64,000 nucleotides of DNA. It comes from a bacterium (lineage in GTDB: Bacteria > Hinthialibacterota > Hinthialibacteria > Hinthialibacterales > Hinthialibacteraceae). Made by a program: the position numbers and the translations under genes. Each line of letters begins with the position of its first letter. The stretch's first letter is position 1. The DNA lies in contig CAXXMV010000006.1 of assembly GCA_963662285.2 (NCBI GenBank), positions 1,184,001 to 1,248,000 on the forward strand, written 5' to 3'. This document shows, one piece after another, positions 9,944-20,153 of this stretch. The notes beneath the pieces were generated by a model, which was not told the origin of the DNA, did not search any database, and was given only the letters and a program-made list of their open reading frames with translations.

Positions 9944-11011
9944 CTAATCTGGTATAGAGTGATTTTGCGTTGCGCTCCACTCTGCGGGAGTGTTGCAGTT
10001 TTTCCAGTTTGACGTAAGTTCTTGCGGGATCGCCGCCCGGTATGTTTTGGGATGATTCAGGGCTTCCCGCAGCGAGAAATTTCCCCCTCTACAAGCATTC
10101 TCCAGCATCTCCTGGGCTTGCGGTTCATAAATCGCGAGCAATGGTTGCACCTGGTCTTCGATGCAAGGCAACACTACCCACCGACCCGGCTTGCGTTGTT
10201 GTTGCAGCCATTGCAAAGCCTCAACCGACAACAACGGCATGTCGCATGCCGCAAATAGCCAGCCCGATGTTGGCGCCCAACGCATGGCGCTTAACATACC
10301 CGCCATCGGTCCCTCGCATCCGGTGATATCCGGGATTTGCTTAAAATCAGGCAAACTGATTTCAGTAGGCGCCTCACCCAATAAAACAGGATTTGCTATT
10401 TCTTCTTTAACCGTATCCAGTATCGACTCCAGCAAATTTCTCCCCTGCCATTGCAATGCTGCCTTTGGTTTACCCATTCGCTTGCTCTTGCCGCCGATCA
10501 GGATTCCCGCATAAAGTGGCGCCGCAGACCATGCATCCGCTAACCAGTTATTAATTATCTCTTTGGCGCGCTCCAACCTGTTTTCCGCATTCCAAGGCAG
10601 GATATCAATTATGTTATGCAGTCCATCCGGTTTCTCTTCCTTGTCAGGATGTTCCAGCCATAGTTTCGGCAAGGCGGTATTTTTATGACCTTCCAGCAAA
10701 ACAAAGTCCACTTGTTTTGCAAAATAACCAAGATGGTGTTCAATATCTGAACTGTTTTTACGCGCCCTAATGAATACCTGTTCTGCATCGTGAGCGATTA
10801 ACCGGCAGGCGCCCGCTTTCCAAAGACGGTCGGTGTCTTTACCGGGGCGGTCTAATTCCAACTGATGCGCATCATGCTTAACTACGCCAACCGATAGTCC
10901 ATGTTCATAAAAATACGCAATGAGTCTCTCCAAAAGCCAGGTTTTGCCGGATCCGCTCCAACCGCATATCGCGAAAACAAGGGGGTGGGAAGAATTATTT
11001 GATATTTGCAT
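9944..11011 (-). CDS. mobAB: Fused MobB (N-term) - MobA molybdenum cofactor guanylyltransferase (C-term)
   Basis: ICGWSGSGKTWLLE, VKHDAH, GKDT (MobB); ILIGGKSKRMGKPKA, GPMAG, ACDMP, NCNTP (MobA). Confidence 0.9.
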   Translation of the reverse strand: MQISNNSSHPLVFAICGWSGSGKTWLLERLIAYFYEHGLSVGVVKHDAHQLELDRPGKDTDRLWKAGACRLIAHDAEQVFIRARKNSSDIEHHLGYFAKQVDFVLLEGHKNTALPKLWLEHPDKEEKPDGLHNIIDILPWNAENRLERAKEIINNWLADAWSAAPLYAGILIGGKSKRMGKPKAALQWQGRNLLESILDTVKEEIANPVLLGEAPTEISLPDFKQIPDITGCEGPMAGMLSAMRWAPTSGWLFAACDMPLLSVEALQWLQQQRKPGRWVVLPCIEDQVQPLLAIYEPQAQEMLENACRGGNFSLREALNHPKTYRAAIPQELTSNWKNCNTPAEWSATQNHSIPD

Positions 11012-11022
11012 TTTTTTAATTA

Positions 11023-12264
11023 TTAAATCCAGGGATGATATTCCACTATTTCTCCACTTTTATAATCTTCTCGATCCGGCGGAAAAATAGCCGTTCCTTC
11101 AGCCGAACTGGCCGAAATGAAATCACCCGATCCATGCGAGGGTATTAATTCCAGCATAAGTTTCTTACCAACATTAATAGTCTTGGCCAGCTTATAATGG
11201 ATGCGGCCTTTGGGGCATTGCACTGGTTCAGAAAGTTTTACTGGAATGGAAAACGGCTCGCATTTTTCATATCCCATCCGGCGGCGCAAGGCAGGTAAAA
11301 CCATCTCCCGCATTGAAACCATTACCGAAACCGGATTTCCCGGCAGCCCGAATACCAAGGTTTGTTTTCCACTCTGTTTATCCTTCATTAAACCAAAATG
11401 AAAAGGCTTGCCCGGTTTCATCCGAATCCCGCGAATCAGCCACTTGACGCCCAGTTCTTCAAGAACATCTGGAACATAATCAAAGTCACCCTTACTCACT
11501 CCTCCGGCAATGATAACCACGTCATGCTTAAGCGCATCCTTCAGTTTCCTTTTCAACGCAGCCTTTACATCGCGAACCAGGCGAAGTGAAACTGGTTTCA
11601 ACTGAAGAGTCTTCAGCAATTCTTTTATGGATACGCTATTACAATCCCGGATCTGTTCCGGTTTAGGCTGAACGCCATGGGCGACAATCTCATCTCCGGT
11701 AACAATCACCGCTATACCTGGTTTTGAGACGACGTCAACCTCGGAAATTCCCAATGACGCCAGAGTGGCAATCGTTGCGGGATTCACGACGGTTTTTTTA
11801 GGTAAAACAATCCGGCCCCGCCTGGCGTCCTCGCCGCGCTTGCATACATTTTCACCGGCTTGCGCTTCACGCAAGAAACGCACTTGATCTTCACTCGCTA
11901 TCTCAGTGTGTTCCACCATAACCACCGCATTGGCGCCGGACGGGACAGGCGCGCCTGTCATGATGCGCAAGCATTGACCGCGTCTGATGCGTCCTTCCCA
12001 TGTCTGACCGGCAGGCAAGACGCCGATATTAGAGAGCGTCCCGCCATTGACCACATCTTGCGCCCGTACGGCATAACCATCCATCGCGGATCGATTAAAA
12101 GGTGGATAATCCCTATCAGCGCAGATCGGCTTGGCCAGCACGCACCCTATGGATTTACTTGCCGGGATAGTTGAACAGGCGCCAGGCGCAACGGCAGCGA
12201 GAATTGTTTGCAAGGCTTCTGTTGGATCAATTAATGGTTGTTTGGAATTTTGGTTATTTTTCAT
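11023..12264 (-). CDS. moeA: Molybdopterin molybdenumtransferase
   Basis: PPFNRSAMDGYAV, IMTGAPVP, TGDE, GGVSKGDFD, MKPGKP, GLPGNPVS motifs. Confidence 0.95.
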   Translation of the reverse strand: MKNNQNSKQPLIDPTEALQTILAAVAPGACSTIPASKSIGCVLAKPICADRDYPPFNRSAMDGYAVRAQDVVNGGTLSNIGVLPAGQTWEGRIRRGQCLRIMTGAPVPSGANAVVMVEHTEIASEDQVRFLREAQAGENVCKRGEDARRGRIVLPKKTVVNPATIATLASLGISEVDVVSKPGIAVIVTGDEIVAHGVQPKPEQIRDCNSVSIKELLKTLQLKPVSLRLVRDVKAALKRKLKDALKHDVVIIAGGVSKGDFDYVPDVLEELGVKWLIRGIRMKPGKPFHFGLMKDKQSGKQTLVFGLPGNPVSVMVSMREMVLPALRRRMGYEKCEPFSIPVKLSEPVQCPKGRIHYKLAKTINVGKKLMLELIPSHGSGDFISASSAEGTAIFPPDREDYKSGEIVEYHPWI

Positions 12265-12301
12265 TAAGATGGGTTGCTGGTTTCTTATGATTTCTCCTCA
12301 C

Positions 12302-13279
12302 CTATCCCCCGATAGCGTAAAGCGGGGCAGGGAGGCCTTCGCGATCAACATCTTTCTTGTCATCAATAGCTGTGTGGAATATATCGACTAAGTCATCATA
12401 TCTTTCCTCGATTAAAAGCGGGCGGATATTATAAGTTTGACGTGACTTAATACATATAAGCAATTGTCCGTCATGGGTTATCCTTATCCGGTTGCAGGCC
12501 GCGCAGATTTGCCTGGTTCCAGAATGGATCAAACCGATTTCACCGCCGGTTTCTTTGATAAAATAATATTTCGCCGGCCCCATGCCGATGGAACCATCAG
12601 CTGGAATCAAAGTAAAGTACCGGGATAAGTAATCATGGATTTGATTGCATGTAATCGTCTCGCCCATATCATTATTCCAGGCGGGATGATTCATATATTC
12701 AATAAAACGTATGGTTGTCCCTTCAAGGTGCGCTTTCCTGACCGCATCAGGGATATATGCTATACTGGTGAAATTCATCAACACCCAGTTGAGTTTCACC
12801 GGCGCCAGATTATATCTCCGGGCTTCTTGTATTCCTGCAAAAACTGCATCAAGGCGGTCATGGCCAGTCAAATTTGCAAAGTGGTCTCTATCGAAAGAAT
12901 CCAGACTGATATTAATGCGCGACAATCCGGCTTTTTTTAATGCCTGGCATTTTCCGGCTAATAAAGTTCCATTGGTGGTTAAGGAGATATCAAGATTTTC
13001 ATTCAACTCTCTAAGGTCAGATGTGATTTCAAGCAAATCCGGGCGCAGCAAAGGTTCACCGCCAGTCAACCGGATATGATGCAGGCCATTTTGAACCAGC
13101 ATCGAACATAGAAATACAATTTCTTCACGGGTTAAACTGTGGGTTGAGGCGATTTCTTCCAGGTATTTTTCAGGGCGGCAATAGACGCAATTCAGGTTGC
13201 ACCGGTCAGTTAAAGACAAGCGTAGATACAGGTGCTTAAAAACGTCTGATATCTGTTTCATATTGCTATCATACACCAT
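12302..13279 (-). CDS. moaA: GTP 3',8-cyclase (radical SAM)
   Basis: YLRLSLTDRCNLNCVYC, RLTGGEPLLR, TTNG, C-terminal CxxCNRIR..C cluster and terminal IGG. Confidence 0.93.
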   Translation of the reverse strand: MVYDSNMKQISDVFKHLYLRLSLTDRCNLNCVYCRPEKYLEEIASTHSLTREEIVFLCSMLVQNGLHHIRLTGGEPLLRPDLLEITSDLRELNENLDISLTTNGTLLAGKCQALKKAGLSRINISLDSFDRDHFANLTGHDRLDAVFAGIQEARRYNLAPVKLNWVLMNFTSIAYIPDAVRKAHLEGTTIRFIEYMNHPAWNNDMGETITCNQIHDYLSRYFTLIPADGSIGMGPAKYYFIKETGGEIGLIHSGTRQICAACNRIRITHDGQLLICIKSRQTYNIRPLLIEERYDDLVDIFHTAIDDKKDVDREGLPAPLYAIGG

Positions 13280-13313
13280 TAGATCGATTATGTATATTTG
13301 AGAAGTAGCTGGT

Positions 13314-13865
13314 TTACCTGATCAATATCAAGCCCATTTCATTCACTAATGCGCGTCCCTTGTCCATATTATTAGCATCATTCTTTGCGTCTTCTTTTTC
13401 AAATTCCAGCGCCAGCGCTTGCATTTCTTCATCCGTCAATGTTTCTGCAACCATGGGGTATAAGATATAGTCTTCTGTTTGCATGTGTTTTCTCAGCATG
13501 GATGCGTACTGGGATATATTATCCATCAGTTTTTCGGTGGGGATATTTTTCCCTTCCGAATACCCCTTCAGCGCGTTGGATATTTCAGAAATCATATTAC
13601 GCCCGTGGTTGTGTTGATTGTTAAGAGCCTCGATTTGCGCATCCATTTCGCCTTTCTTTTTTTGCGCCAAAAGGCCGAACATTACATGTTCCTCTTTGAA
13701 ATGATGCAGCTTAAACACCACGGTGCGGAAGAATTCGACCGCTTTTTGAAAGAATTCCACAGGAGGCCGATTGCCGTTTTCCATATCTTCTTTGGCCAAA
13801 GTAATGTTATCCAACGCTTGCCGGATTAAACCATGTTCGTGTTTTAATGTTTGCAGAGGATCCAT
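13314..13865 (-). CDS. Hemerythrin-like domain protein
   Basis: LKHEH, HHFKEE..MF, QH..GR, LRKH..TED..LYP motifs; GGAG RBS. Confidence 0.88.
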   Translation of the reverse strand: MDPLQTLKHEHGLIRQALDNITLAKEDMENGNRPPVEFFQKAVEFFRTVVFKLHHFKEEHVMFGLLAQKKKGEMDAQIEALNNQHNHGRNMISEISNALKGYSEGKNIPTEKLMDNISQYASMLRKHMQTEDYILYPMVAETLTDEEMQALALEFEKEDAKNDANNMDKGRALVNEMGLILIR

Positions 13866-13950
13866 TATTTATCTCCCTTGTAATATAAGCAAAATTTAAT
13901 CGAAGACTCTTGTTCAAAGAATCTTATTCAATAACATAGAATTAATATTA

Positions 13951-14071
13951 TAGAGCGATTCTCAAAATAATGCTCTTTTATTAAAACGTTTCTAAAAAGC
14001 CTGCTCCAAGAGATATAGCGGTTAACAAAAATATATGCGCCTTAACGCATGTTATTTTGAGAATCGCTCTA
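13951..14071. mobile_element. Putative MITE (121 bp) with perfect 20-bp terminal inverted repeats
   Basis: TAGAGCGATTCTCAAAATAA (13951-13970) and TTATTTTGAGAATCGCTCTA (14052-14071); TA at both ends; no ORF inside. Confidence 0.55.
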
Positions 14072-14077
14072 GCATGT

Positions 14078-14112
14078 AAAAAGAGGAGGTTGAAAGTGAT
14101 CAACCTCCTCTT
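14078..14112 (-). terminator. Rho-independent terminator of the 14168 gene
   Basis: AAGAGGAGGTTGA / TCAACCTCCTCTT 13-bp stem, running into a T-tract on the minus strand. Confidence 0.75.
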
Positions 14113-14167
14113 GAGTTTCGTCTTCCATCCACTTTTTGCCGGTTCATCAGTTATATTACTGATCTGA

Positions 14168-17100
14168 TTATTTCAATGTTTCGTTATACCAGCTCGAAGA
14201 ACCCGCTAATGTATTTTGTTTAGTGATAATATCAAGGAAATAATCAACTTCTTCTATGTTGCCATCTTTAAAGGTTACGATAATTCTTACAGCAGTACTC
14301 TTGGCATTCTCCGGAACCTGCCAGTTTATCATCCCTGTCTGGTCGCAGGTCATTCCTTCCGGACCTTCGATTAAAGTGAATGTAGGATCTCCATTCAAAT
14401 CATGCGTTTCAATTCTGTGAGTATACGCGGCGCCCGCTCTAGCGCTGAGTTTTGGCGCGTTTAATATGTGGTTGGCCGTATTGCCATCAATGAACATCTC
14501 ATGGCGATGTCCGACAGTAACTATAAATGATTCGTCAATTTTATCCAGCAATTCACCGTTAAGAAAAATCTTACGTTCGATCCTAATAAGATTTTCTCCA
14601 GTTTGTTCGGCAGTTGGAGTCCATAAGATCAATCCGTTTTCCGGATTCAGCGTCATTCCCCCGACATTCTCCAGCAATTCCCATGTCATGGTATGTCCCA
14701 GATAAAAATGTCGCTCGCTGTCCGTGAATTTAGGCTTATGCACATACAATACGCCAACTTGCGCATGTTCGCCCGGTTCTGATGTTGACATTTGCGGTGT
14801 TGAACCATCGGGTTTATGGGGAATCACCCGCAGAATTGTTTCAGGATGAGAACGGCGTTGTTCCATATCCACCGCCACAACCGTTACCAACAAAGGCGCT
14901 CCATTTTCGACGCCGTCTACCACTGTTTGATTGGTGGTACGGCCATAGATCGCTTTTTCACATTCGAAATATCCCAAATCTCCCTGAGCGGTATACATCA
15001 CCACATATCCTTCAACATTCTCATCTATGCTGGGCGTCCAGCGTACCGCAAATTGGCCATCGTAAGCGCCCACCGCAATATCCTGAACCGCATCGGGTAA
15101 TTCATGGTGTGCGATTCGGATAGTTTGATCTGAATACGCCCATACTATATTATTCTTGTTATCATGCACCGATATGGCAATATAATAATCACCGGCGGGT
15201 AATGTAAGTTGGTCTGTGTTGATGATATGAGAATTTTCTATGTTATCTTCCTGATATACGCCAATCAGAAAACCATCTCCACCTTGACGGTCGCGATCAA
15301 GATAAACCGAAGCAATCGCGCTGCTGTCAGGGTCTTCATCATACCAGGTGACGCGATATTGATTGGCTTCTCCCGTCGGTTCAATGCTGATGATCTCTAC
15401 TTCTGGAACATGGTTTTGAATCAATGCTTCAACAGTAAAATTCCCTAACGATTCAGAATTTTCAATCGTTACAACATAATCACCGCCTTCAGGCTCGCTC
15501 AATGCTATTGACGCTTCCCGTTGATTTGGCCTGAACAATGAAAAACCACTGACGCTCGCATATCCGTCTGGCAGGGCGCCATTACTCATATCCAGTACTG
15601 TTCCATCCGGCAGCGTAATCGACATTATTAATTCTGTGACATTTTCGTTCTCATAGTTTAAGCGAAAGATAACCGCTTGCGCATCATAGGGGATTTGCAA
15701 ATTGGTAATCGGTTCGCCTTGTGGAGTAAACTGTACTTTTTTCCCTACTCGTCCAGTAGTTATGGCATCCACCCGGTCCCAATTCGACATGAATGAGACC
15801 ACCGGGATGGGCTTGTTTTCTTCCGACTCCATTGCTAGTGCTGCATTGGATTGGCGCCACTCGCTAACCGGAATTAATTGCTGGCTGACTTCATCAAAAA
15901 TATACTGCTGGTTATAAGGCGTTTCCCAGGCATTGACCGGAGCAACAATTTTAGCGCCGCCGCCGCCTTCCCATATAACTTTTTCATTGGGATATATAAG
16001 TACTGAAGCATGACATACATCAACAAATGCCGCTGTTATTTTGCCATATAGATAAATGAATTTATCGGTAACTCTTGCGGTCGCCGAAGCAAACGACATA
16101 CCACCGATAATTGGAATATAATCAGGTATGCCAATCGAAGCATTCGCCTCGCCATTGATTACTGTATCCCATGCTTTTGCTTTATTCTGTGATTCAATTG
16201 TGGCTTCATAATAGTCATGTGTAGGTTCGTTGTTGCTGTCAACCAGTTGGAATCCATAATCAACGCTGCCCCAGATATCTATTGTGTTGACTATGCATTC
16301 ATCAGTCGAAGCGTCCCAACCAGCATCCGGTTTGACTGATATAGGACAGACTTGTTCGATAAACTGGTTGCGATAACTCCCTATTCTTATAGAGCCATCC
16401 CATTTCACCACGCCTGCTAAATAGGTGGTGTTATAGGAGACATAGAAATCATAGGGCGCCGAATATGATAATTCCGCTCCGCCCAGCGGGATAAAACCAA
16501 ACATCGACATATCAGCTTTAATATCTATATAAAACGGCCAGGGACGTATTTTTCCTTCTGCATTTACTAGAAAAGCAGATATACCGCCAAACTCCGGACC
16601 TGCCGTGATTGATACGCCCGCACCCAGCACCATAGCTGGAAGATTGCGAAAACTCACATTCTCAATATCAAATTTGACGCCCTGAAGAAATGCGCCGGTT
16701 TCAAACAAATCCACATTCATTCCTGCTGCTGAACCGGATAACTTGATCAATCCGGGATACTCTGGTTGGATAAAACCGATAGCCAGTTCACCTCCGATGC
16801 CTGCTCCTTTTTGTTTCTTAAGCAAGAAGATTCCTCCACCGAGATGTAAGAAAAATGGATCCTCACGAAATTCAAAAATAACCTGTTTGATTTGAAATAA
16901 ACCTTTGATATCTATTGTTGGAATCTGGATGCTCAGGTCGGATATCCCCCAACTATCACCAGATAAATAAATGGTGATTCTCTCTTTCATGGGAACCAGA
17001 GTCTGGTCCATTCCAGCAGAATTTTCATCATCGTCAAATTTCATAAATATAGGAGGCAGTGAAACAGTTAAAGTGATATTCAACCGGCCATTGGCAATTT

Positions 17101-17425
17101 CAATATCCGCTCCGGCGACATCACTATCCAAACCAAGCAGCCGGGTTCTTCCACTATTTCCGACTGTATGGATTTTTCCTTGTTGAACTACAACATCTTC
17201 CAACAAAATATCATCAATTGGGCCTATACCATTAATAATCAAATGATCGTATGTACCGTTGGTTAAATTGCCCGAGATAACCTCAGATGCGTTTACTCGA
17301 ATGTCATTGGCATAATTATGCTGAGGACAAAGTGATAATATTACCATAAATAACGTGAGTAATATGCTTCGTAAATGTAGAATATAGGCGTCTGATAGAC
17401 ATTGTTTAACTACTGAAAGATTCAT
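14168..17425 (-). CDS. Large secreted protein with fibronectin type III and C-terminal putative Ig (He_PIG/cadherin-like) domains
   Basis: Likely start ATG 17425 after GGAGA; signal peptide; FN3-like AVRWTPS..VEGYVVMY; Ig repeats GMTLNPENGLILWTPTAEQTG and GPEGMTCDQTGMINW. Confidence 0.8.
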   Translation of the reverse strand: MNLSVVKQCLSDAYILHLRSILLTLFMVILSLCPQHNYANDIRVNASEVISGNLTNGTYDHLIINGIGPIDDILLEDVVVQQGKIHTVGNSGRTRLLGLDSDVAGADIEIANGRLNITLTVSLPPIFMKFDDDENSAGMDQTLVPMKERITIYLSGDSWGISDLSIQIPTIDIKGLFQIKQVIFEFREDPFFLHLGGGIFLLKKQKGAGIGGELAIGFIQPEYPGLIKLSGSAAGMNVDLFETGAFLQGVKFDIENVSFRNLPAMVLGAGVSITAGPEFGGISAFLVNAEGKIRPWPFYIDIKADMSMFGFIPLGGAELSYSAPYDFYVSYNTTYLAGVVKWDGSIRIGSYRNQFIEQVCPISVKPDAGWDASTDECIVNTIDIWGSVDYGFQLVDSNNEPTHDYYEATIESQNKAKAWDTVINGEANASIGIPDYIPIIGGMSFASATARVTDKFIYLYGKITAAFVDVCHASVLIYPNEKVIWEGGGGAKIVAPVNAWETPYNQQYIFDEVSQQLIPVSEWRQSNAALAMESEENKPIPVVSFMSNWDRVDAITTGRVGKKVQFTPQGEPITNLQIPYDAQAVIFRLNYENENVTELIMSITLPDGTVLDMSNGALPDGYASVSGFSLFRPNQREASIALSEPEGGDYVVTIENSESLGNFTVEALIQNHVPEVEIISIEPTGEANQYRVTWYDEDPDSSAIASVYLDRDRQGGDGFLIGVYQEDNIENSHIINTDQLTLPAGDYYIAISVHDNKNNIVWAYSDQTIRIAHHELPDAVQDIAVGAYDGQFAVRWTPSIDENVEGYVVMYTAQGDLGYFECEKAIYGRTTNQTVVDGVENGAPLLVTVVAVDMEQRRSHPETILRVIPHKPDGSTPQMSTSEPGEHAQVGVLYVHKPKFTDSERHFYLGHTMTWELLENVGGMTLNPENGLILWTPTAEQTGENLIRIERKIFLNGELLDKIDESFIVTVGHRHEMFIDGNTANHILNAPKLSARAGAAYTHRIETHDLNGDPTFTLIEGPEGMTCDQTGMINWQVPENAKSTAVRIIVTFKDGNIEEVDYFLDIITKQNTLAGSSSWYNETLK

Positions 17426-17641
17426 AGTCTTTCTCCATTTTAAGAAGATTTTTAATAACAATAACTACTTTTGGTTGGGCTATTCAATCAATAAAATAGA
17501 AAATAGAATAACTGCAAAATAAACACTATAATAATTAAATAATGAATAAAATATACACCATTATCGATTATTATACAATTATAATTTTATAAGCAACAAT
17601 CTCTGCAATTAAATATTGTATTATGGATTGAGGAATTTAGG

Positions 17642-17742
17642 TTATCAGGCAACCATGAAGAGATTACCCATATGTGTTGCCGTGGGGTGTATATTATCGG
17701 GCAACCATGAAGGATTGCCCCTACGTGTTGTCATAGGGGAGT
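17642..17742. repeat. Degenerate 52-bp tandem duplication containing a GTAG-type REP hairpin
   Basis: TTATC(A/G)GGCAACCATGAAG...GTGTTG repeated at 17642 and 17694; the second copy reads GTAGGGGCAATCCTTCATGGTTGCCC on the minus strand. Confidence 0.6.
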
Positions 17743-17750
17743 TTTGTTTT

Positions 17751-18740
17751 TTATAATGTTACCCAACCGTTTTGTTTGGCGCTTTGGAACAGGGCTTCGA
17801 TGACTTTCATGTTTGATACGGCATCTTCTATAGGAGTAGGGACATCTGTATCATTTATGATCGCCTGCGAAAAAAGATCGCCCTGGATGGTGTATTGATC
17901 GCAGGATTCTAGCAGTATTTCTTCGATATTATCTTCGTGTTGATGCCAGATTTTACATGCTGCGCCAGGGGGAGCGTTGAAAGGTATTTCGATTTCCACC
18001 CGTCCACGGGTTCCTAGAATATTGACTCTTTGATAGGGCGCCAGTTGGGTTGAGCAAACGAATGATGATGCGCCTTCAGCGAATTCCATGATGCCGGATG
18101 CGAGGCGGTCAGTCTTGAATTTTGGATCAAACTCAATCAATCCACATACGCGTTGCGGTTCTGCATCGAAGATAAACCGGGATAGGGATATGTTGTAGCA
18201 CCCGATATCCATCAAACCGCCTCCACCGATATCAGCCTGATTGCGGATATTGGCGGGATCGAGATTGGTGTAAGAGAAGAATGATTGAATGGCCTTGAGT
18301 TCTCCGATGCCTCCGTCATGCACAATACCCCTCGCCCTTAGCCATTGCGGGTGATGGCGGTACATGAAGGCTTCCATGGTCTTCAACTGTGGTTTTGATT
18401 TGGCGCAATCGACCAGTTTTTGGCCCTCAACTGATGATAGCCCGATGGGCTTTTCGCAGAGAATATGTTTGCCGGATTGCAATGTTTTTATCGACCACTC
18501 AACATGAAGGTGGTTGGGCAGGGGATTGTAGATGGCGTCGATATCCGGATCGGCCAGAAGTGCATCATAACTGCCGTAGGCTTTGGCGATGCCCAGCTCG
18601 GCGGCAGCTTGTTTGGCTTTATTGATATCACGCGAAGCGATAGCGGTTACTTCGCATAAGCGCCCCTGCTGCATGGCGGGGATTACTTTTTCCGTTCCGA
18701 TTTTGGCGGTGCTGATGATTCCCCAGCGGACTTTTTTCAT
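17751..18740 (-). CDS. Gfo/Idh/MocA family oxidoreductase
   Basis: VRWGIISTAKIG, YNPLPNHLH, GKHILCEKP, EAFMYRHHPQW, GGGLMDIGCY. Confidence 0.93.
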   Translation of the reverse strand: MKKVRWGIISTAKIGTEKVIPAMQQGRLCEVTAIASRDINKAKQAAAELGIAKAYGSYDALLADPDIDAIYNPLPNHLHVEWSIKTLQSGKHILCEKPIGLSSVEGQKLVDCAKSKPQLKTMEAFMYRHHPQWLRARGIVHDGGIGELKAIQSFFSYTNLDPANIRNQADIGGGGLMDIGCYNISLSRFIFDAEPQRVCGLIEFDPKFKTDRLASGIMEFAEGASSFVCSTQLAPYQRVNILGTRGRVEIEIPFNAPPGAACKIWHQHEDNIEEILLESCDQYTIQGDLFSQAIINDTDVPTPIEDAVSNMKVIEALFQSAKQNGWVTL

Positions 18741-18744
18741 GGCG

Positions 18745-19108
18745 TCATCCTCCTGAACGTTTGACGGTGTGGCCTTGTTTGGTTAGTTCATCGACTAATA
18801 AATCCCGGTGGTCGCCCTGGATTTCTATGACGCCATCTTTGACGGTTCCACCGGAGCCGCATTTTTGCTTGAGTTGTTTGGCCAGCTCGCGCAGGTCATC
18901 CATAGTATGAGGCAGCCCGGTGATCAGGGTGACGCCCTTGCCTTTGCGGCCTTTGGTCTCACGGCTGACCCCGAACCACGCCATCCCGCTTGGGCGTCGG
19001 CTGCTGCTTTTTACAGGCGCCTTTGGATGGAGATTTACTCTGTTTAGAGAGCATCCCGCCTTGTTCGGTGGAGTAAACCAGTTCGCTATTATTATTGCTT
19101 GATTTCAT
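18745..19108 (-). pseudogene. yciH: Translation initiation factor SUI1/YciH with one apparent +1 frameshift (possibly a sequencing error)
   Basis: ATG 19108 gives MKSS..LVYSTEQG...DGVVR; removing one C of the C4 run at 18969-18972 joins it to VSRETKGRKGKGVT...CGSGGTVKDGVIEIQGDHR. Confidence 0.85.
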
Positions 19109-19200
19109 TATTGTTTTTTGTGATTCTTTGAATTTTGTTAGTTTAATATAGCGTTTGATTTAAGAAACGGGAATGTTGATGTTGCGATTGTCAGGGTGAT

Positions 19201-19352
19201 CGTTATCAACCCTCACCTAACCTCTCCCAATCTTGGGAGAGGGATGTATGCCTATAGTTTTTTATAACACCAAGCCAAAGCAAAATAACTGGTGATATCT
19301 CAAAACCCCTCTCCCCCAAGCATGGGGGAGAATTCAAGAGGGAGTTGTTTTC
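19201..19352. repeat. ~150-bp composite element with two CTCTCCC...GGGAG hairpins; inverted copy at 31805-31959
   Basis: TTATCAACCCTCACCTAACCTCTCCCAATCTTGGGAGAGG ... CCCCTCTCCCCCAA..TGGGGGAGAATTCAAGAGG..GTTGTTTTCT is shared by both copies. Confidence 0.8.
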
Positions 19353-19410
19353 TTAACCCTGAATAATTATCTTATGTGCTTTTAGCGTGGTATGCGGTAG
19401 GAGTGGCTTT

Positions 19411-19450
19411 GGTGGGCTACGCCGCTTTGCGGCTTTTAGCCCACCCTACG
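19411..19450 (-). repeat. GTAG-family REP hairpin (family A)
   Basis: Reverse complement CGTAGGGTGGGCTAAAAGCCGCAAAGCGGCGTAGCCCACC, identical to the copies in the 25.7-26.3 kb array. Confidence 0.8.
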
Positions 19451-19463
19451 TATGTTAAATAAT

Positions 19464-20001
19464 TTATTCATCATCGGTTGTTGGAATTTCATTGTCATCA
19501 AAATTTTCTGAAGTCGCAGTAGGAGATTGAATATTTTTTATGTGATCGCGGACTTCATCTAATTCCAACTGTAAAGATTTGGGGATATCATCCCATTGCT
19601 CGGATGAGTCAATGTATTTCTGGAAATATTGCTTGGCCTTGGATTTTTCCTTTTTTTCTTCATGAATCAGAGCCATGTTATAGAAGAGTTCCGGGCGGTT
19701 GCAACCCATCGACTCGGCCTTCTCGAAATTTTGCATGGCTTCATCAAAATTTTCTTCTTCGCATAACGAGGCGCCTGCATTATAGAAATCCAGCGGCTCC
19801 TCAGTTTTCCATTCATATTTCTGCATCATATTGAAGGTTTTGTCTGGCTCCAAACTGTAAAAAAAGAGTCCAGCCATATCTCTGAAAGGCGTAATATTGA
19901 TCTTTTTCAAGTAAATCTTCAAAGCGTTTAATCTCGAATTCGAACAAATCCTTGATAGGTTTTTCCTGCTCTATTTCAACAATTTGAGTTTCTTCGTTCA
20001 T
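19464..20001 (-). pseudogene. Tetratricopeptide repeat protein with one apparent frameshift (possibly a sequencing error)
   Basis: ORFs 19813-20001 and 19464-19922 join into ...YGWTLFYSLEPDK... if the A7 run at 19859-19865 is A6; TPR-like FYNAGASL..FDEAMQNFEKA, LFYNMALIHE..AKQYFQKY. Confidence 0.7.
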
Positions 20002-20153
20002 TTCAACAATTTCGCTTTCCTCGTAATATTAAAACCTGATAAACCTTAATTATAATAGCGAATAGTCCAGAAAATACAAGTTGCCGTTATAAGGGTGATG
20101 CTTTACTACCTTTTTTCATTTTATTGACTTGTATGATTTGATGGAACGCCCGA

